Part shown: piece after piece, positions 13,532-26,445 of the stretch
Numbering within the stretch: the stretch's first letter is position 1
Layout of the letters: the number at the start of each line of letters is the position of its first letter
Source: Tubiluchus corallicola
Taxonomy: Eukaryota; Animalia; Priapulida
Assembly: GCA_030141605.1 (NCBI GenBank)
Contig: JAQGDQ010000060.1
Span: forward strand, 124,001 to 188,000
Length of the DNA stretch: 64,000 nt
Reading direction: 5' to 3'
Position numbers and translations under genes: made by a program
The notes under the pieces: model-generated
Seen by the model: only the letters and a program-made list of their open reading frames with translations
Database searches by the model: none
Told to the model about the DNA's origin: nothing

Positions 13532-13818
13532 CGAAACAAAAATTTTGTTTCTGTAACATCCCTGGATCTAACGCGTCCTAGAGAAGGAAGGTGAAAATGA
13601 CCGTGACAAAGTGATGGGATGGACACAGGACAGAAGAACAGCCAGGGGTAGACCAAGAACAAACATGGAGAAGGAAAGTGGAGTTATGCAGGATGGAGAA
13701 GTTGGAGTGAGGTCAAGGCAGCAGCAATTCACAGAAGGGTTTGGAGGAGAACACAAAGCACGTGCCAAGAGTTTACACAGCCTGGGACTAACTAATAACT
13801 GAAATAATAACTAATTAC

Positions 13819-13902
13819 CTAGCAGCAACTCCTTGAAGAATGACCGGACGACTGCGATACATCAACTTTCGGGTTATTCGTTGACATATCTCTGAAAGGC
13901 GT
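13819..13902 (-). CDS. Rab10: Rab10 exon 6 (TPFRDMSTNNPKVDVSQSSGHSSRSCC*)
   Basis: ttttgcag acceptor, phase 0, 84 nt, ends in the CC geranylgeranylation motif and TAG. Confidence 0.93.
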   Translation of the reverse strand, partial: TPFRDMSTNNPKVDVSQSSGHSSRSCC

Positions 13903-14849
13903 CTGCAAAATACGCGGATTAAATAAATTTGTGAGAATAATAATATGTATTTTCCCATTGCTTTACAAAATGATTGACAATATATGGCCGGTATAACACT
14001 GTGCATATTTGGCACTCAGTACTGGCCAGTATCAATAACCGATCACTGGTACTGGCCAGTATCAATAATCGATCACCAGTATCAATAGCCGATCACTGAA
14101 ACTTAGTTGCTTTTAAGCAGGATATCTTCATTAACCAGCCATATTTTTCAGGACATTTTTGTTCATTTACTACATTTACGACTTACTGCACAAATTTTCT
14201 TCCTTTTGTTTTTTTTTCTTGTGCATTCATGATTTAACTACATCTTGTTCAGTTGTTGTTTTAATATTTAACTGCATTATTTGCTTGCTTTTTTTCCATT
14301 GGTATAATTATAATATCACTGCATTGCATTTTGTTTATTTGCTACACTTAAGATCTAACTACATATTATTCACTTAACCATGTAGTCTGCCGTGCTTTAT
14401 ACTATTCCTAAGTTATATAGGGGTGGCTAACTCGATGACCTCCTGATCTTTTGCCACCCCATCTTTACACACTTTACATAATTCGTTGTATTTGCGCTAT
14501 AAATATTATATCGGAGATAAATAAACCTTTTGAATTGAAGTGAATTAAGTTTAATTAATCGAAAAACTATTGTCCGAGAACAGTGACATAAAAAACATTA
14601 TCGTTTGCATTACTATATGTACGTCATTACAAACACTTTACAGCTGAATCAGTATTCATTTCAAATTGATAAGAAAAAATACAACAGCTGAGTTTATGCT
14701 TGGCAAATAACAAAAACTCATTCAGCAATAAGCGAATAAACGACACGCAAATTTGCAGAAATTGTTGCTGGTCTATAAATTTACAGCATGCTAACTAAAC
14801 CATAAACAAATAAACTATAAACCATAAACAAAATTTAATGTTGTTTCAC

Positions 14850-14951
14850 CTTATTTAAAATTGCTTGGGCTAAATCCAGGAAAGCTTTTTCTATGTTGAT
14901 TCCGTCCTTTGCGCTGGTCTCTAAGAACGGAATGCCATGCTCCCGTGCAAT
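14850..14951 (-). CDS. Rab10: Rab10 exon 5 ([34 protein letters not shown])
   Basis: cacag acceptor and AAG|gtgaaa donor; ETSAK (G5) motif; 102 nt. Confidence 0.95.
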
Positions 14952-15128
14952 CTGTGAATTGAAACAAGAGAATCGTTAAATGCACGAAACAGGCAGCCAA
15001 AATACAGTAGGTTGTAAATATGTCAATACAACAGCGGTTAAGTATGAAGAACTTAGGCTCAAGAAATCAATTAAGTGCTTGATTTTGTTCGCAAATTGCT
15101 GGGATTATGTCAAAGGAAATTCTAAGAA

Positions 15129-15741
15129 AATCAGTTATCACTGACTACTGAGCAAATCAGTTATGACTGATTACTGAGCAAATCAGTTGTTACCGACTAC
15201 TGAGCAAATCAGTTATGACTGATTACTGAGCAAATCAGTTGTTACCGACTACTGAGCAAATCAGTTATTACTGACTACTGAGCAAATCAGTTATCACTGA
15301 CTACTGAGCAAATCAGTTATGACTGATTACTGAGCAAATCAGTTGTTACTGACTACTGAGCAAATCAGTTATCATTGACTACTGAGCAAATCAGTTATCA
15401 CCGACTACTGAGCAAATCAGTTATTACTGAATACTGAGCAAATCAGTTATCACTGACTACTGAGCAAATCAGTTATCACTGACTACTGAGCAAATCAGTT
15501 ATCACTGACTACTGAGCAAATCAGTTATGACTGACTACTGAGCAAATCAGCTATTACTGACTACTGAGCAAATCAGTTATGACTGATTACTGAGCAAATC
15601 AGTTATGACTGATTACTGAGCAAATCAATTGTTACTGACTACTGAGCAAATCAGTTATTACTGAATACTGAGCAAATCAGTTATTACTGACTACTGAGCA
15701 AATCAGTTATTACTGACTACTGAGCAAATCAGTTATCACTT
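15129..15741. repeat. Minisatellite, 26-bp unit (actgagcaaatcagttatcactgact), ~23 copies
   Basis: Direct tandem array in Rab10 intron 4. Confidence 0.95.
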
Positions 15742-16487
15742 AAATTGATTATTTTCTGGACAATATTTTCCCCCCAGGTACAATGATAAATACTGTGGAA
15801 ATTATTTGTACATCAGTACACTTTTAACTGTGTCCATGTTGTTAATCTAATCACTCCGACACAAAGCTGATGATCACACAGGACAAGGGGTTACGTACAG
15901 TATAATTAAGTCAAATGAAAATATGGGGTCACGCCCAGAAAACTGGAAATCATATAACTAATTTACTGGTGAAAGGAGGTATGTGGTCCCGACGATGTAA
16001 TTTTAGAATTGGGTGAGGTGGTAGAATTTATTGGAAATTAATTTTCTAGAAGTCACATGGACAGATAAGAAACTGACAGAGAAAAATGGATCTTAGAAGC
16101 ATTTTGAGTACTATAATGTGAGCTTTTATGTACATAAAGAATTAGAAGTATGCAAACACTGACAGGTGCAAAAGTGACACGTGCACAGTGTATACAGAAC
16201 ACGTAGGCAAGGTTTTTCACTCGGACACTGCAAACAGACTTAGAACAATGTCTACAAGTGAATATATCACAAAATTGGGATGGCAACATTTTTATAGTAC
16301 TACTTAAAGAAAATTTTCCTCACTAGACTAAACGTTTTCACGCAGTTTTATGAATTTTTAACTCAAGCAAAATAAAAATATATTTTAACTTGTAAACATC
16401 TAGTTTTATAGTAAACATGAGTGATATGTCTCCTCAACCATCCATTCAAACTCACAAACAGACCAACGGTGACAACAGCAGTAAAGT

Positions 16488-17155
16488 CAGGGTTTCAGCC
16501 AACGTCGGAAAATGTCTAGGTACAACAGTCCCCAAATTAGGCTTCAAAACCTGCGCAAGTGCTCGCCATTGTTGCCGAGAAGTCACTAGCTTCGCTGCAA
16601 AAATTCGAAAATGTTTAAAATTTGTTGCCAAACTCACTACTTCATTGTTGCAGGGTTGTCTGAACATGCGCAAAGATGTCGTCAACTATTCACGATATTC
16701 TTCAACAATTTTATAACCCACAAAAAGTTCGAGAACACTTTAGACGCTTTTGAGAACGCTGCGACGACTTCGCGGCTATTTTTCAACATTTTGGACACAC
16801 TTTGCAAAAAAAGTGGTTGTCCCGCATTTCTTTCTGCAAAACTCCGCAAAACTGTAGAGAAATGATCGCAATACACTCGCGCAAATGTCGTAGCACAGTT
16901 GTCTTGTCACATCAGCATTGCAAAAGCCACCAAACATGAGCAAGTGTGTCCAAAACTCTCTTCACACGCATTTCATGAGACATTCTTGCGATTTCTGCGC
17001 GAAAGAAGCCACAATTCGCAAAAAGAGGAGAAAAAGAAAATTTCGCAGAATTATTTAGAACTTCATATAAATGGTCTACAATTTGGACGACAAAACACAT
17101 TCTCGTGAATTTTTTGGCGATTGTTGGACAAGAGCTGCACTCCCTAGAAACCCTG
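16488..17155. mobile_element. MITE with cagggtttc/gaaaccctg TIRs; similar gcga/tcgc-rich sequence at ~45190-45730
   Basis: 9-bp TIRs; internal cgcaaa/gcgaca-rich composition also seen at 45.2-45.7 kb. Confidence 0.6.
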
Positions 17156-17156
17156 G

Positions 17157-17783
17157 CTTAAAGGATGACAGGATGATTTTTCATATACTACACCATTTTT
17201 AAGTCTGATGAACAGTATACATTTCATCACAATTAGTACTGCAAAAGCGTTTCTGATAATTAAATAGTAGATTAAAAACTTAATTAACATCGTGCAAGCC
17301 CAACTATTGATGCCATCACAAACTGACAATTTTCAACAGCAAAAATATTCCATGAGCATGTTGCACGTGTTTGTGAAAGTGAAAATTGAGGTACAGTGCT
17401 ACTGTAAGATACTCAGTGCGTTGCACTATAACTAGGAAAGTTCTAAGATATATTCTTCGAATTTCAAATTTACCGCTGTGCTCGCGCATGAGCTGTCGAA
17501 CGTGTGCAGTTCGTCACAGACTAACACATCTGAACTGAGAAGTGTAGCGCCTGCTTTTTGTGCAATACGTTTCTGAAATGCAGCCACTAGTTCCCGTCTA
17601 ACTAGAAAATGGCGAAATGCATGTAACAGCGAAGAACTAGTGACGCGAACGTGAAACTGTTGTTTGAATGGTAATGATTCTTCCACGTAAAGCAGTTTTG
17701 AAAAAAATAGTATGTTTCCTTTCAATACTTTAAAGAGTAGATTGCTTTGACCTACAGGTTATGATTGGGTCTGGTTTTGCTTT
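17157..17783 (+). mobile_element. Interspersed ~620-bp repeat; second copy at ~52947-53563, fragment near 41240-41560
   Basis: Collinear similarity: gacaggatgatttt..caccatttt..aattttcaacagcaaaaatattcc..aaagagtagattg..ggttttgcttt in both copies. Confidence 0.85.
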
Positions 17784-17808
17784 GCGAGAAACTTTTTACA
17801 ATACTTAC

Positions 17809-17898
17809 GGCTTCACCTCTCTCCTTGCTGACCATCCTCTTATCCTCCATGTCGCACTTATTACCCAGAATCATCTTCTCAACATCTTCATTAGCATG
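17809..17898 (-). CDS. Rab10: Rab10 exon 4 ([30 protein letters not shown])
   Basis: ttccag acceptor and gtaagt donor; NKCD (G4) motif; 90 nt. Confidence 0.97.
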
Positions 17899-17949
17899 CT
17901 GGAATCAGATTCACTGTCATTAATTATGTATTAATTATACATACTACAT

Positions 17950-18470
17950 TAGTTGTGTATTAATACATAATACATATATTGTGTATTAATACATAACACA
18001 TATATTGCGTATTAATACATAATACATAAATTGTGTAATAATACATAATACATAAATTGTGTATTAATACGTAATACATAAATTGTGTATTAATACGTAA
18101 TACATAAATTGTGTATTAATGCATAAAACATATATTGTGTATTAATACACAATACATAAATTGTGTATTAATACGTAATACATAAATTGTTTATTAATAC
18201 ATAATACATAAATTGTGTATTGATACATAATACATAAATTGTGTATTACTACATAAAACATATATTGTGTATTAATAAACAATACATAAATTGTGTATTA
18301 ATACACAATACATAAATTGTGTATTAATACACAATACATAAATTGTGTATTAATACATAATACATAAATTGTGCATTAATACATAATACATAAATTGTGT
18401 ATTAATACATAATACATAAATTGTGTATTAATACATAATACATAAATTGTGTATTAATAATAATAAATAA
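17950..18470. repeat. AT-rich minisatellite, 26-bp unit (ttgtgtattaatacataatacataaa), ~20 copies
   Basis: Tandem array with palindromic core tgtattaataca, starting ~50 nt from the exon 4 acceptor. Confidence 0.95.
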
Positions 18471-19994
18471 TTTAGTAATACATATAATACACATAAACCA
18501 AAAACACCTGCTCATCAGAGAGTTCGAGTTTAAGTTTACTGATCTCTGTAGCATGCTGTTCATATCTATACGCTTTAGAATGCTTTACTATAGTTACAAT
18601 TCAAGTAATACATACTAAGATAATAAATTTAGGTAAAATTATAAAATGTATGAAATACATCAAGGAAATAAAACCATTAAACCGTTCAAAATTAGATTTG
18701 AAAAATCAAAAACTTGCATTATGAAGTTAAGAAATCTCTTGTCTAGCTAAAGAAGCCCTTTTAACTTCCATGTCAACTATTGTTTTTAGCTGACCTTGAA
18801 AGGCAGGGAAAGGGGAGGTCAAGCTCAGAGTAATTCGTCTGGTCTACCCATTCATCTGTGTATTTGTCTATCTAACTCAAATGCTGTACAAGCGGCTGAA
18901 ATTTTACTGGCACAGGTATCTGACCATAATCTGGGCTTTCCATTTCATGATGGCTAACATCTCAGAGCCAAACTCTTTATGCATTCCACAAGAGCTCACA
19001 AAGCAAAATTAGAAATATTCTCAGTTTGATAAAAATCAGCGCTGAAACCTACGGCCGTTGAAATACATTAAAAATCTCGAGTCGCAGAATTTCATCAGAT
19101 AATCCACCTAGCAGCATTTGTCAGAATTAGTGGCAACGGCGACTTAAGAAGGCTTACAGCTGCTGGAGAGGCATAAATGAAAAGTGACAGGAATTTGCCA
19201 TGTTGTCTTTGTACTTCACTCAGCCTCGCTTAAATACAGTCTATTAAATGATTGAGGGTAAATGTTTGTTATTTCGTTTTCTAGTAGTTGCTGGAACATT
19301 TCATACAGTTTCACCACTTGTCAAATTGGATTAGGATATAATACATACACGGTATCTCCAAAACTAAGCCTTTTGGAACCATATACCACCACTGAAGCGG
19401 TATACAACAAATACCATAATGACACAAATAAGCACATGCATCCTTTCATTCTTTAAAACCAGAAAAACTTTGCTTACTTACTTGCTTAGGCATCACTTCA
19501 CATTAATTAAATCGGTTTCACATCATAAGGGGCGTAGGAATTTTTTTAATTCTTGCACAACGGCCGCTATCATTCTTGTCATATGCATTTTGAAGCACAA
19601 GTACAGACGTACCCAAGAGACATCATTTGTGGCTAAATTTCAGTGCCATTAGAATGTCCTTACAGAAGTAATTGCATAACAGGTCATTTGTAAAATGCAT
19701 AGATCTAAAGACGAACATATAACACGCGAAGTACCGGCTAAATTTGAAAACCAGAAGTCCAGAATTAAATAGTTTTTACACCTAACAATGCATGCAATTG
19801 CTAAATTAAAAAGAAGGCCTAATTATTTGACCCAATTTTTACTTCTGCAACGTGATCTACGAAAATTGACACAAGCTTCATAAAGAAATTATTTACCAAA
19901 GACCTCATAGATTACGAATTAAGGACTATTGTGTAAAAACTTATATAAATAACCCATAAAGACGTTGGCGCTAGCTAATTTTACAGGTCATGTT

Positions 19995-20456
19995 CAGGGA
20001 TGAGAATGACAAAATGCAAAAAACTCTGAAACAGGCCGGGGGTTTGGGGGCCGCGTAGCAACAAATTGCAATTTTGTGACCATAGAGAACCTCTAAGTGC
20101 ACTTAAAATATCAGTTACCTTGTTTCATGCATAATTTAAAATACCCAACTATCAAGGATACATGATACCTAATTGTCTCAAAAATGCCTAAGTACTGGCC
20201 GCTTCTATGCAAAAGTATATAAAAACTGTCTGCAATTGACTCAAATAAACTGCGCACAATTGATTTTATATTTTTATACATAGAGATATACACGTGGTTA
20301 CACTGATGTAAACAAAGAGACGGCCTGCCACCTAGCGGTCAGCTTGTGAAATAATGTACTGGGTCCGTAAAAATTTTCTCAACGAATTTACAAAAATGGC
20401 GCTACTGGTCTTCCAAAAACTCGGTATTCCGTGTCCGCGGAAAATTCTCATCCCTG
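19995..20456. mobile_element. MITE with cagggatgagaat TIRs
   Basis: cagggatgagaat ... attctcatccctg flanked by duplicated catgtt. Confidence 0.75.
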
Positions 20457-20525
20457 CATGTTTATGATGAACATCCTGCAAAACGAAAAGACAAATACAG
20501 GTTCACATCCACTAGTGTTACTAAC

Positions 20526-20664
20526 CTCGTCTATATTTCGTAGCCATTTGGCAATGTTGTCAAACGTTTTTGGCTGCGTGATGTCATAAACCAACATGAT
20601 TCCCATAGCTCCTCGATAGTAAGATGTGGTGATTGTGTGGAAGCGTTCTTGACCGGCGGTATCC
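20526..20664 (-). CDS. Rab10: Rab10 exon 3 ([47 protein letters not shown])
   Basis: DTAGQ (G3) and Rab10-typical [15 protein letters not shown]; 139 nt; AG/GT boundaries. Confidence 0.98.
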
Positions 20665-20996
20665 CTTTAAGAAACAAAAACAGATAAGATAATATTTCTG
20701 CATTTAAATAACTACCTAATCTAATTGTATATTTTAATCAGAAGATGGAACATAGCAGCTTCTAGTTCAATGTTGAAATGTGAACATAATAAATAATTTT
20801 TTAATATCACTATATGTTACATAAAACCATGTGAATCCTTTTAATATAAACTATAATTGTATTTTAGTACTGTTACGGTTATATTATAATACATTGTACA
20901 GGTTTATAATTTTAGATATATTCTATTACACATTCACACACACATATATATATATCTGATTGGATTTTGATGATTCATATTTACATTCATTTATAC

Positions 20997-21478
20997 CAGG
21001 GGTGTGCAAATTGCGGCCCGCGTGCCACTTGCGGCCCACCGAGAGAATTTGTGCGGCCCGCAAAGAGATTTGTCAACCTAATGAAAGTGCGGCCAGGGCG
21101 ATTAATTGAGTGTATCCAGCTGAAGTCCGTGCCACGATCCCAAAGATAGTGCGGGCGGATGCCATTAACCCTTACAAGACGGTTGTAGCTTAATGTCACC
21201 GTACTACACAGACTGTGTGATACACATTACTAATATGCATTGTAATGAAATTACCACTATCTGCCCCGAAAGTAGAAATATATGGTTTGTAATATAAATT
21301 TTAATAACTTCTAAAATAGTTTCTTGAGTGTAGTAGTAATGATGTACGCAGGTCGGACGCAAAAAAATCGTTATTAGGCCTTTCTCTATTTGGCTCCTTG
21401 ATCAAACTGCGTGTGGCCCGCAGGAGTTGCGGGAAAGTTTAATGTGGCCTGGCTAGTCAGATAATTTGCACACCTCTG
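20997..21478. mobile_element. hAT-type MITE
   Basis: TIRs caggggtgtgcaaatt / aatttgcacacctctg, perfect 8-bp TSD atttatac, subterminal gcggccc repeats. Confidence 0.9.
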
Positions 21479-21521
21479 ATTTATACTGTGTGGTATTTAT
21501 GAAATTCAAAAAGTAGCATAC

Positions 21522-21582
21522 CATATTTGCAACTTTATCTTCTTTCCATGCAAATCGACAGTCTTTATTTTGAAATCAATTC
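21522..21582 (-). CDS. Rab10: Rab10 exon 2 ([20 protein letters not shown])
   Basis: tttttccag acceptor and TG|gtatgc donor; 61 nt; RabF1/F2 motifs. Confidence 0.97.
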
Positions 21583-21664
21583 CTGGAAAAAAAGGATTTT
21601 TTAAGAGTCATAAATAGAGAACAATTCAACAGTAAAATTCCAAAAAACAGATGAAAACAAAGAC

Positions 21665-21842
21665 AACATTTATTTACCGTCGCTCACTTAATGTCTATTT
21701 AGTGACTTACGCTTACATCAATACAGGTAAGGAAGCGACACGCAAATAACATTTAGAGTATATGTCCTAGCGTTGGCGGCAACTAGTATCGAACTCGAGA
21801 CTGCATGGTTGCAGTCCGAAATCTAAACCACTCGGCCACACA
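21665..21842 (-). mobile_element. Degenerate tRNA-derived SINE
   Basis: Minus strand gtggccgagtggtt (A box) ... gagttcgatac (B box), followed by non-tRNA body. Confidence 0.55.
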
Positions 21843-22559
21843 ACCCAGGACTGCTACAAAGTAACACTCGAGTATCAGTCCGATTACTGACAACAGAAAT
21901 TAATTCTCATTTTTTTGAAATACGTCAGAAAAAATTTCTGAAATATTTCTGAAGGACATCAATTTGTTCCACACACAATCTGAGTTAACATGCTTCATTC
22001 ACGCAATTATTCAATTCCTTCAAATATCGAAACTGTATTAAGATTTCTCAACTCCATCTTAAGCTTTATTGATTTTTTTGACACTTTCACGCAGCTGTGA
22101 ATCACACTTTGTGAGTAGCTTTAAAATAGGTTTACCTTTTACAGTAACTTTACCTAATCATTTAGTATTCTTTACTTGTTGAATTTCTAATTGCGTTCTG
22201 ATTTAACAAAATAAACGGGCTGTGATTGCGCACTTTGCAAAGCAAAACTAACCTTACCAGCCTGTAATTAGCTCGGCAAATGCTTTCTAGAGGGCATTGT
22301 TAATTAACGTCAATACCCCATCTATAGTAGTAGGAGTGCCAGCAGTTGCTTGCAATACAAATGAGCAAAGTAAGGAAGCCAATATCGATTCCCATTAAGC
22401 ATATGTACTTCAGCGTACCTCAAAACTCAAAAGACACAATAGTTTTGAAGACAGGTTTCTGCGCTGAGATCACACAAAACACGGTGCGTTAAATATAGGC
22501 CTATAGTTTGCCATGATACAACTAGGAGTCTAACAGACTGTTTGCTAAATGTAGGTTAA

Positions 22560-23110
22560 ACTCCACGTCATACCAAAATAGATTACCAATACTCAAATTG
22601 GAATCTCGTAGAATTAAGACGCATTTATAATGATCTAACTATGTGCTATAGCATAATTCATGATGACACATCAATCTCTTTTTTAACTTTGCACCACTTG
22701 CAAATATTACAAGGGGCCACCGTTTAAAATTACAAGTGAAAAAGGTTCACTTAATTGCTTTCAACATTTCTTCAGCAACAGATCTGTAAGTTTATGGAAT
22801 AAACTACCACCATATGTGAATGATGCTCCAACTGTAAATGCTGGCAACAGAAAATTATTTAGAAAACGGCTATGTCATGTTGATTTTAGTAACTTTTTAC
22901 TTTTTAACAGACACTTGTAAGCAGCTATTTTAGTTCTTTGTGTTTTTACCGTAATCTTCTACTTATATAATTATCATCGCTTTGCTTTAATTTGCACCGT
23001 TTTTGTAGTAGTCCTTTATTATTATTTTTATCTCACGTTTCAACTGCCTTATCACTTATGTATTGTACTCTGAAGATTGCGCAATAAAAAAGTAAATTAC
23101 AAATTACATT
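22560..23110 (+). mobile_element. 3' end of a CR1/L2-like LINE (decayed ORF2 C-terminus + 3' UTR)
   Basis: Broken frames encode TRGHRLKLQ and LWNKLPP motifs; ends aataaa + (aaattac) tail. Confidence 0.7.
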
Positions 23111-23194
23111 AGTGAGTAGAGAGAGAAATTTGAATCTTTTCTGGTGACTCACCCGATGAGTCTTTCCCTTAGGTGGTAATTCTGTACGTGTGCC

Positions 23195-23462
23195 GCTGTA
23201 TGATTTGCAATTGTTTGTCTGCTTTTGTTGTTTGTGTGCGGTGTTGTTGATTGTATGATTTCCAATTGTGTGTCTCTTTTTGTACGTGTGTTTGTGCCGT
23301 TGTAGTTTGTATGATTTCCAATTGTTTGTCTGCTTTTGTTGTTTGTGTGTGGTGTTGTTGATTGTATGATTTGCAGTTGTTTGTCTGTTCTTATTGTTTG
23401 TTGTAGATTGTATGATTTGCAGTTGTTTGTCGGTTTTTGTTGTTGTTTGTGTGTGGTGTTGA
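23195..23462. repeat. Degenerate GT-rich tandem repeat (ttgtatgatttgcaattgtttgtctg...)
   Basis: About six diverged copies of the core. Confidence 0.75.
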
Positions 23463-24002
23463 TGTCATTTGAGTTTAATTATTGCTGTAACAACTTTTTG
23501 AACTTCTAAAAGAAAGATATACTTCTTGGTACCTCATAATAATTCTTTGCACATTTAAAAATAGATCAAATTTTATTATTTTGAGTCGTTCCTAATAATC
23601 ACACCTATTCCTACAATACAGTAAACACCACGTAACTCAAAATCGCAGAACTCAAAATTTTGCCTAAAAAATTATGGTCCATTTGATCAAAAATGCAATT
23701 TATTCTCTAGAAAATAAATTCAAATAAATGAAAATTCAGAAAAAAAATTCTAAATAAAGAAAAAAATAAGACAACTCAAAAACAGTATCAGCTTCAGGGA
23801 AAATTCGGACGTTTTACAAGTCGCCCCCCCCCGGTCATTTTCTCCGGGACTGGTGTGTTTCGTGTCGTGTGCGTGTCCTTTTGTAACATAGCAAAATCGT
23901 GTTTCACTACATAATTTGTTATCCTTTATGTAACTGTCATCAAATCTCGTCACTGTAGTAAGCTAGTAAGCTAATAAGCTCCCACTTCTTGAAAACCCCA
24001 GT

Positions 24003-24180
24003 ATGAATAACATAACACTAAATTTAAGAAAAATCAGAACGAACAATCAATATGGAAAGAATTCCATTACTAAGCAAGCAATACAACTTTGGAATTCATT
24101 ACCAACATCGCTAAAACACAGCAGCTCTTTATCAATATTCAAGTCTAAATTTAAAAAAAAACATTTAATGACTCGTTTTG
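24003..24180 (+). mobile_element. LINE ORF2 C-terminal fragment
   Basis: YGKNSITKQAIQLWNSLPTSLKHSSSLSIFKSKFKK matches the typical CR1/L2 ORF2 end pattern (WN.LP....S...FK...K). Confidence 0.7.
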
Positions 24181-25794
24181 AATATCCGACATACGAACAC
24201 GATGATACTTACTCAAATCATAATTTCATTTTTCCTAGACCTTACTAAACTAGTTTATATTTTATTTTTGAATTTCTAGTTGCACTTATAGTTTAGCTTG
24301 CACCAGACGCATTTGCCCAGAACAGTGTATGTTTTTTGTATAAACTAACACTGACTGTCTGTCTTTTATTATGATGGCCAATGTTTTTAAAAAGGTAAAT
24401 AAAGATTTTACTACTAATGCTACAAAGCTAATTATATACAGCACACACTCGCTGCTAAAGCGAGAACTATTTCCACACAATGGAAACTCCTCCAAGTTGT
24501 GAATAAGACGATGAGTCATCAAGCGGAGAATTCCTCGCAAACACGGCGGGGCGATATTTGCAACTCTGTACACGCTGTAACGAGCCACGTGTCAAACTAC
24601 CAAACAGTAGTCAGTCGTAACGTGGTTCACACCCACATCATTAACGTAACTCAGCATTATATGAGTCATAATATCTACAGTTTTGAGGTGTAAGCAGGAG
24701 TTTAAAGTAAACACGTTATTAGTAAAATAAAAGCAATGGCAATAAATAGCATTACTGTCCAAATCAAGTGCACACTTATTGCACATTTTCAACCGTTTTC
24801 CACTTTATAGTCTGACTAAAAGGTCAGAGAAAGTTCACCAGTTGCATTACCTCTACTTACTGTATTTCAAAGTCATTTGTGGAACCAGAGGTTAATGATT
24901 CTGTCTAATTTTACTAACTGCATGGACCATTATGGAAACACAGTTTTGATGCATTTACGAAAAAAATTGCTATCTGCCTGTCATGTATTGTATAATGAAT
25001 CTACTACACGTATAGCTGTAAAAATTTGGTTTAAACAGAATTTATTGAAGATATATATGACTAGGTTTAAAACAGACAGTTTTACAACTGCTATACGTTC
25101 TCCGTTAGTGGCAGCGAAAGCTAGGCAGATGCAGAACAATGGTGACCACAATGTACAAAAAATGTTGCAATAATTATGAAAATTCCTTAAATATTGCTGT
25201 AAAAACTTGCTCAAATATGTAACAGATTAAAAGTAAACCAGAGCCTCTTTTAAGGGACAATGACTGGGTACCAGGGGGCCTAGGGGTTCTGCCCCCCCCC
25301 CCCCAGTTTTGTGGCGTTTTGGAAAACATGTTTAATTTTTCGTTCAGAAACGGCTATTTCTGGCTTATTCTGAGCTCCACGTTTCAATAAAGCGAAGCAC
25401 ATTAAACTTGCCATATGATACCATAAAACAACGGAAACTTACGAGAAATACAAGCATAGAGAGGATAGTTTTAGTTCTACTAACCCATCCTACCTGTTCT
25501 CCCCTTCAACTTCCCTCTAACCACTAATGCTTCCGGTTTTTTGTTTGCTTAACCCTTTCCACTCTTCTGTCAGAATGCACAAGGTCCTCTTTAATTCTGG
25601 CAGGTAAACGAAATGTTATTTACTATGTGTACTGTGTAGTAATCGGGTATTTCTTGGCTAAAATTTGTAAAAACATTTTGTTTGAAGTGGATGTAAAAAC
25701 TGTATTATATTACATTACATAGATCTGTGCCGTACCGTTCCGTAACATTCATGAGCCACAAATGTTCATCACACCAGACGTCAGACGAGCGACC

Positions 25795-26445
25795 GCTAGG
25801 TACCTGTACTTCTTCAGCACAGGAACGAACACGAATTCGTTGCGTTTCCTACAGGGCCAGGCCAGGTCACTAGGTACCTATAGTTCCTCAACAATGAAGC
25901 GGACATATACTCATTGCATTTCCTACAGGGCCAGGCCAGAACAACTAGGTACCTATACTTCTTCAACACAGGAGTGAACATAAACTCATTGCGTTTCCTA
26001 CAGGGCCAGGCCAGGTCACTAGGTACCTATACTTCTTCAACACAGGAGTGAACATAAACTCATTGCGTATCCTCCTACAGGGCCAGGTCAGGTCAGGTCA
26101 CTAGAAACCTAACTTCTTCAACACAGGAGCGAACATAAACTCATTGCGTTTCCTACAGGGCCAGGCCAGGTCACTAGGTACCTATAGTTCCTCAACACAG
26201 GGGCGAACATAAACTCATTGCGTTTCTTACAGGACCAGGCCAGAACAACTAGGAACCTATAGTTCCTCAACAATGAAGCGAACATAAACTCATTGCATTT
26301 CCTACAGGGCCAGGCCAGAACAACTAGGTACCTATACTTCTTCAACACAGGAGCGAACATAAACTCATTGCGTTTCTTACAAGGTCAGGCCAGGTCACTA
26401 GGTACCTATACTTCTTCAACACAGGAGTGAACATTGCGTTTCCTA
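25795..26445. repeat. Minisatellite, ~74-75-bp unit, ~9 copies
   Basis: aggtacc-type anchors at 25798, 25872, 25947, 26021, 26103, 26176, 26251, 26326, 26400. Confidence 0.93.
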
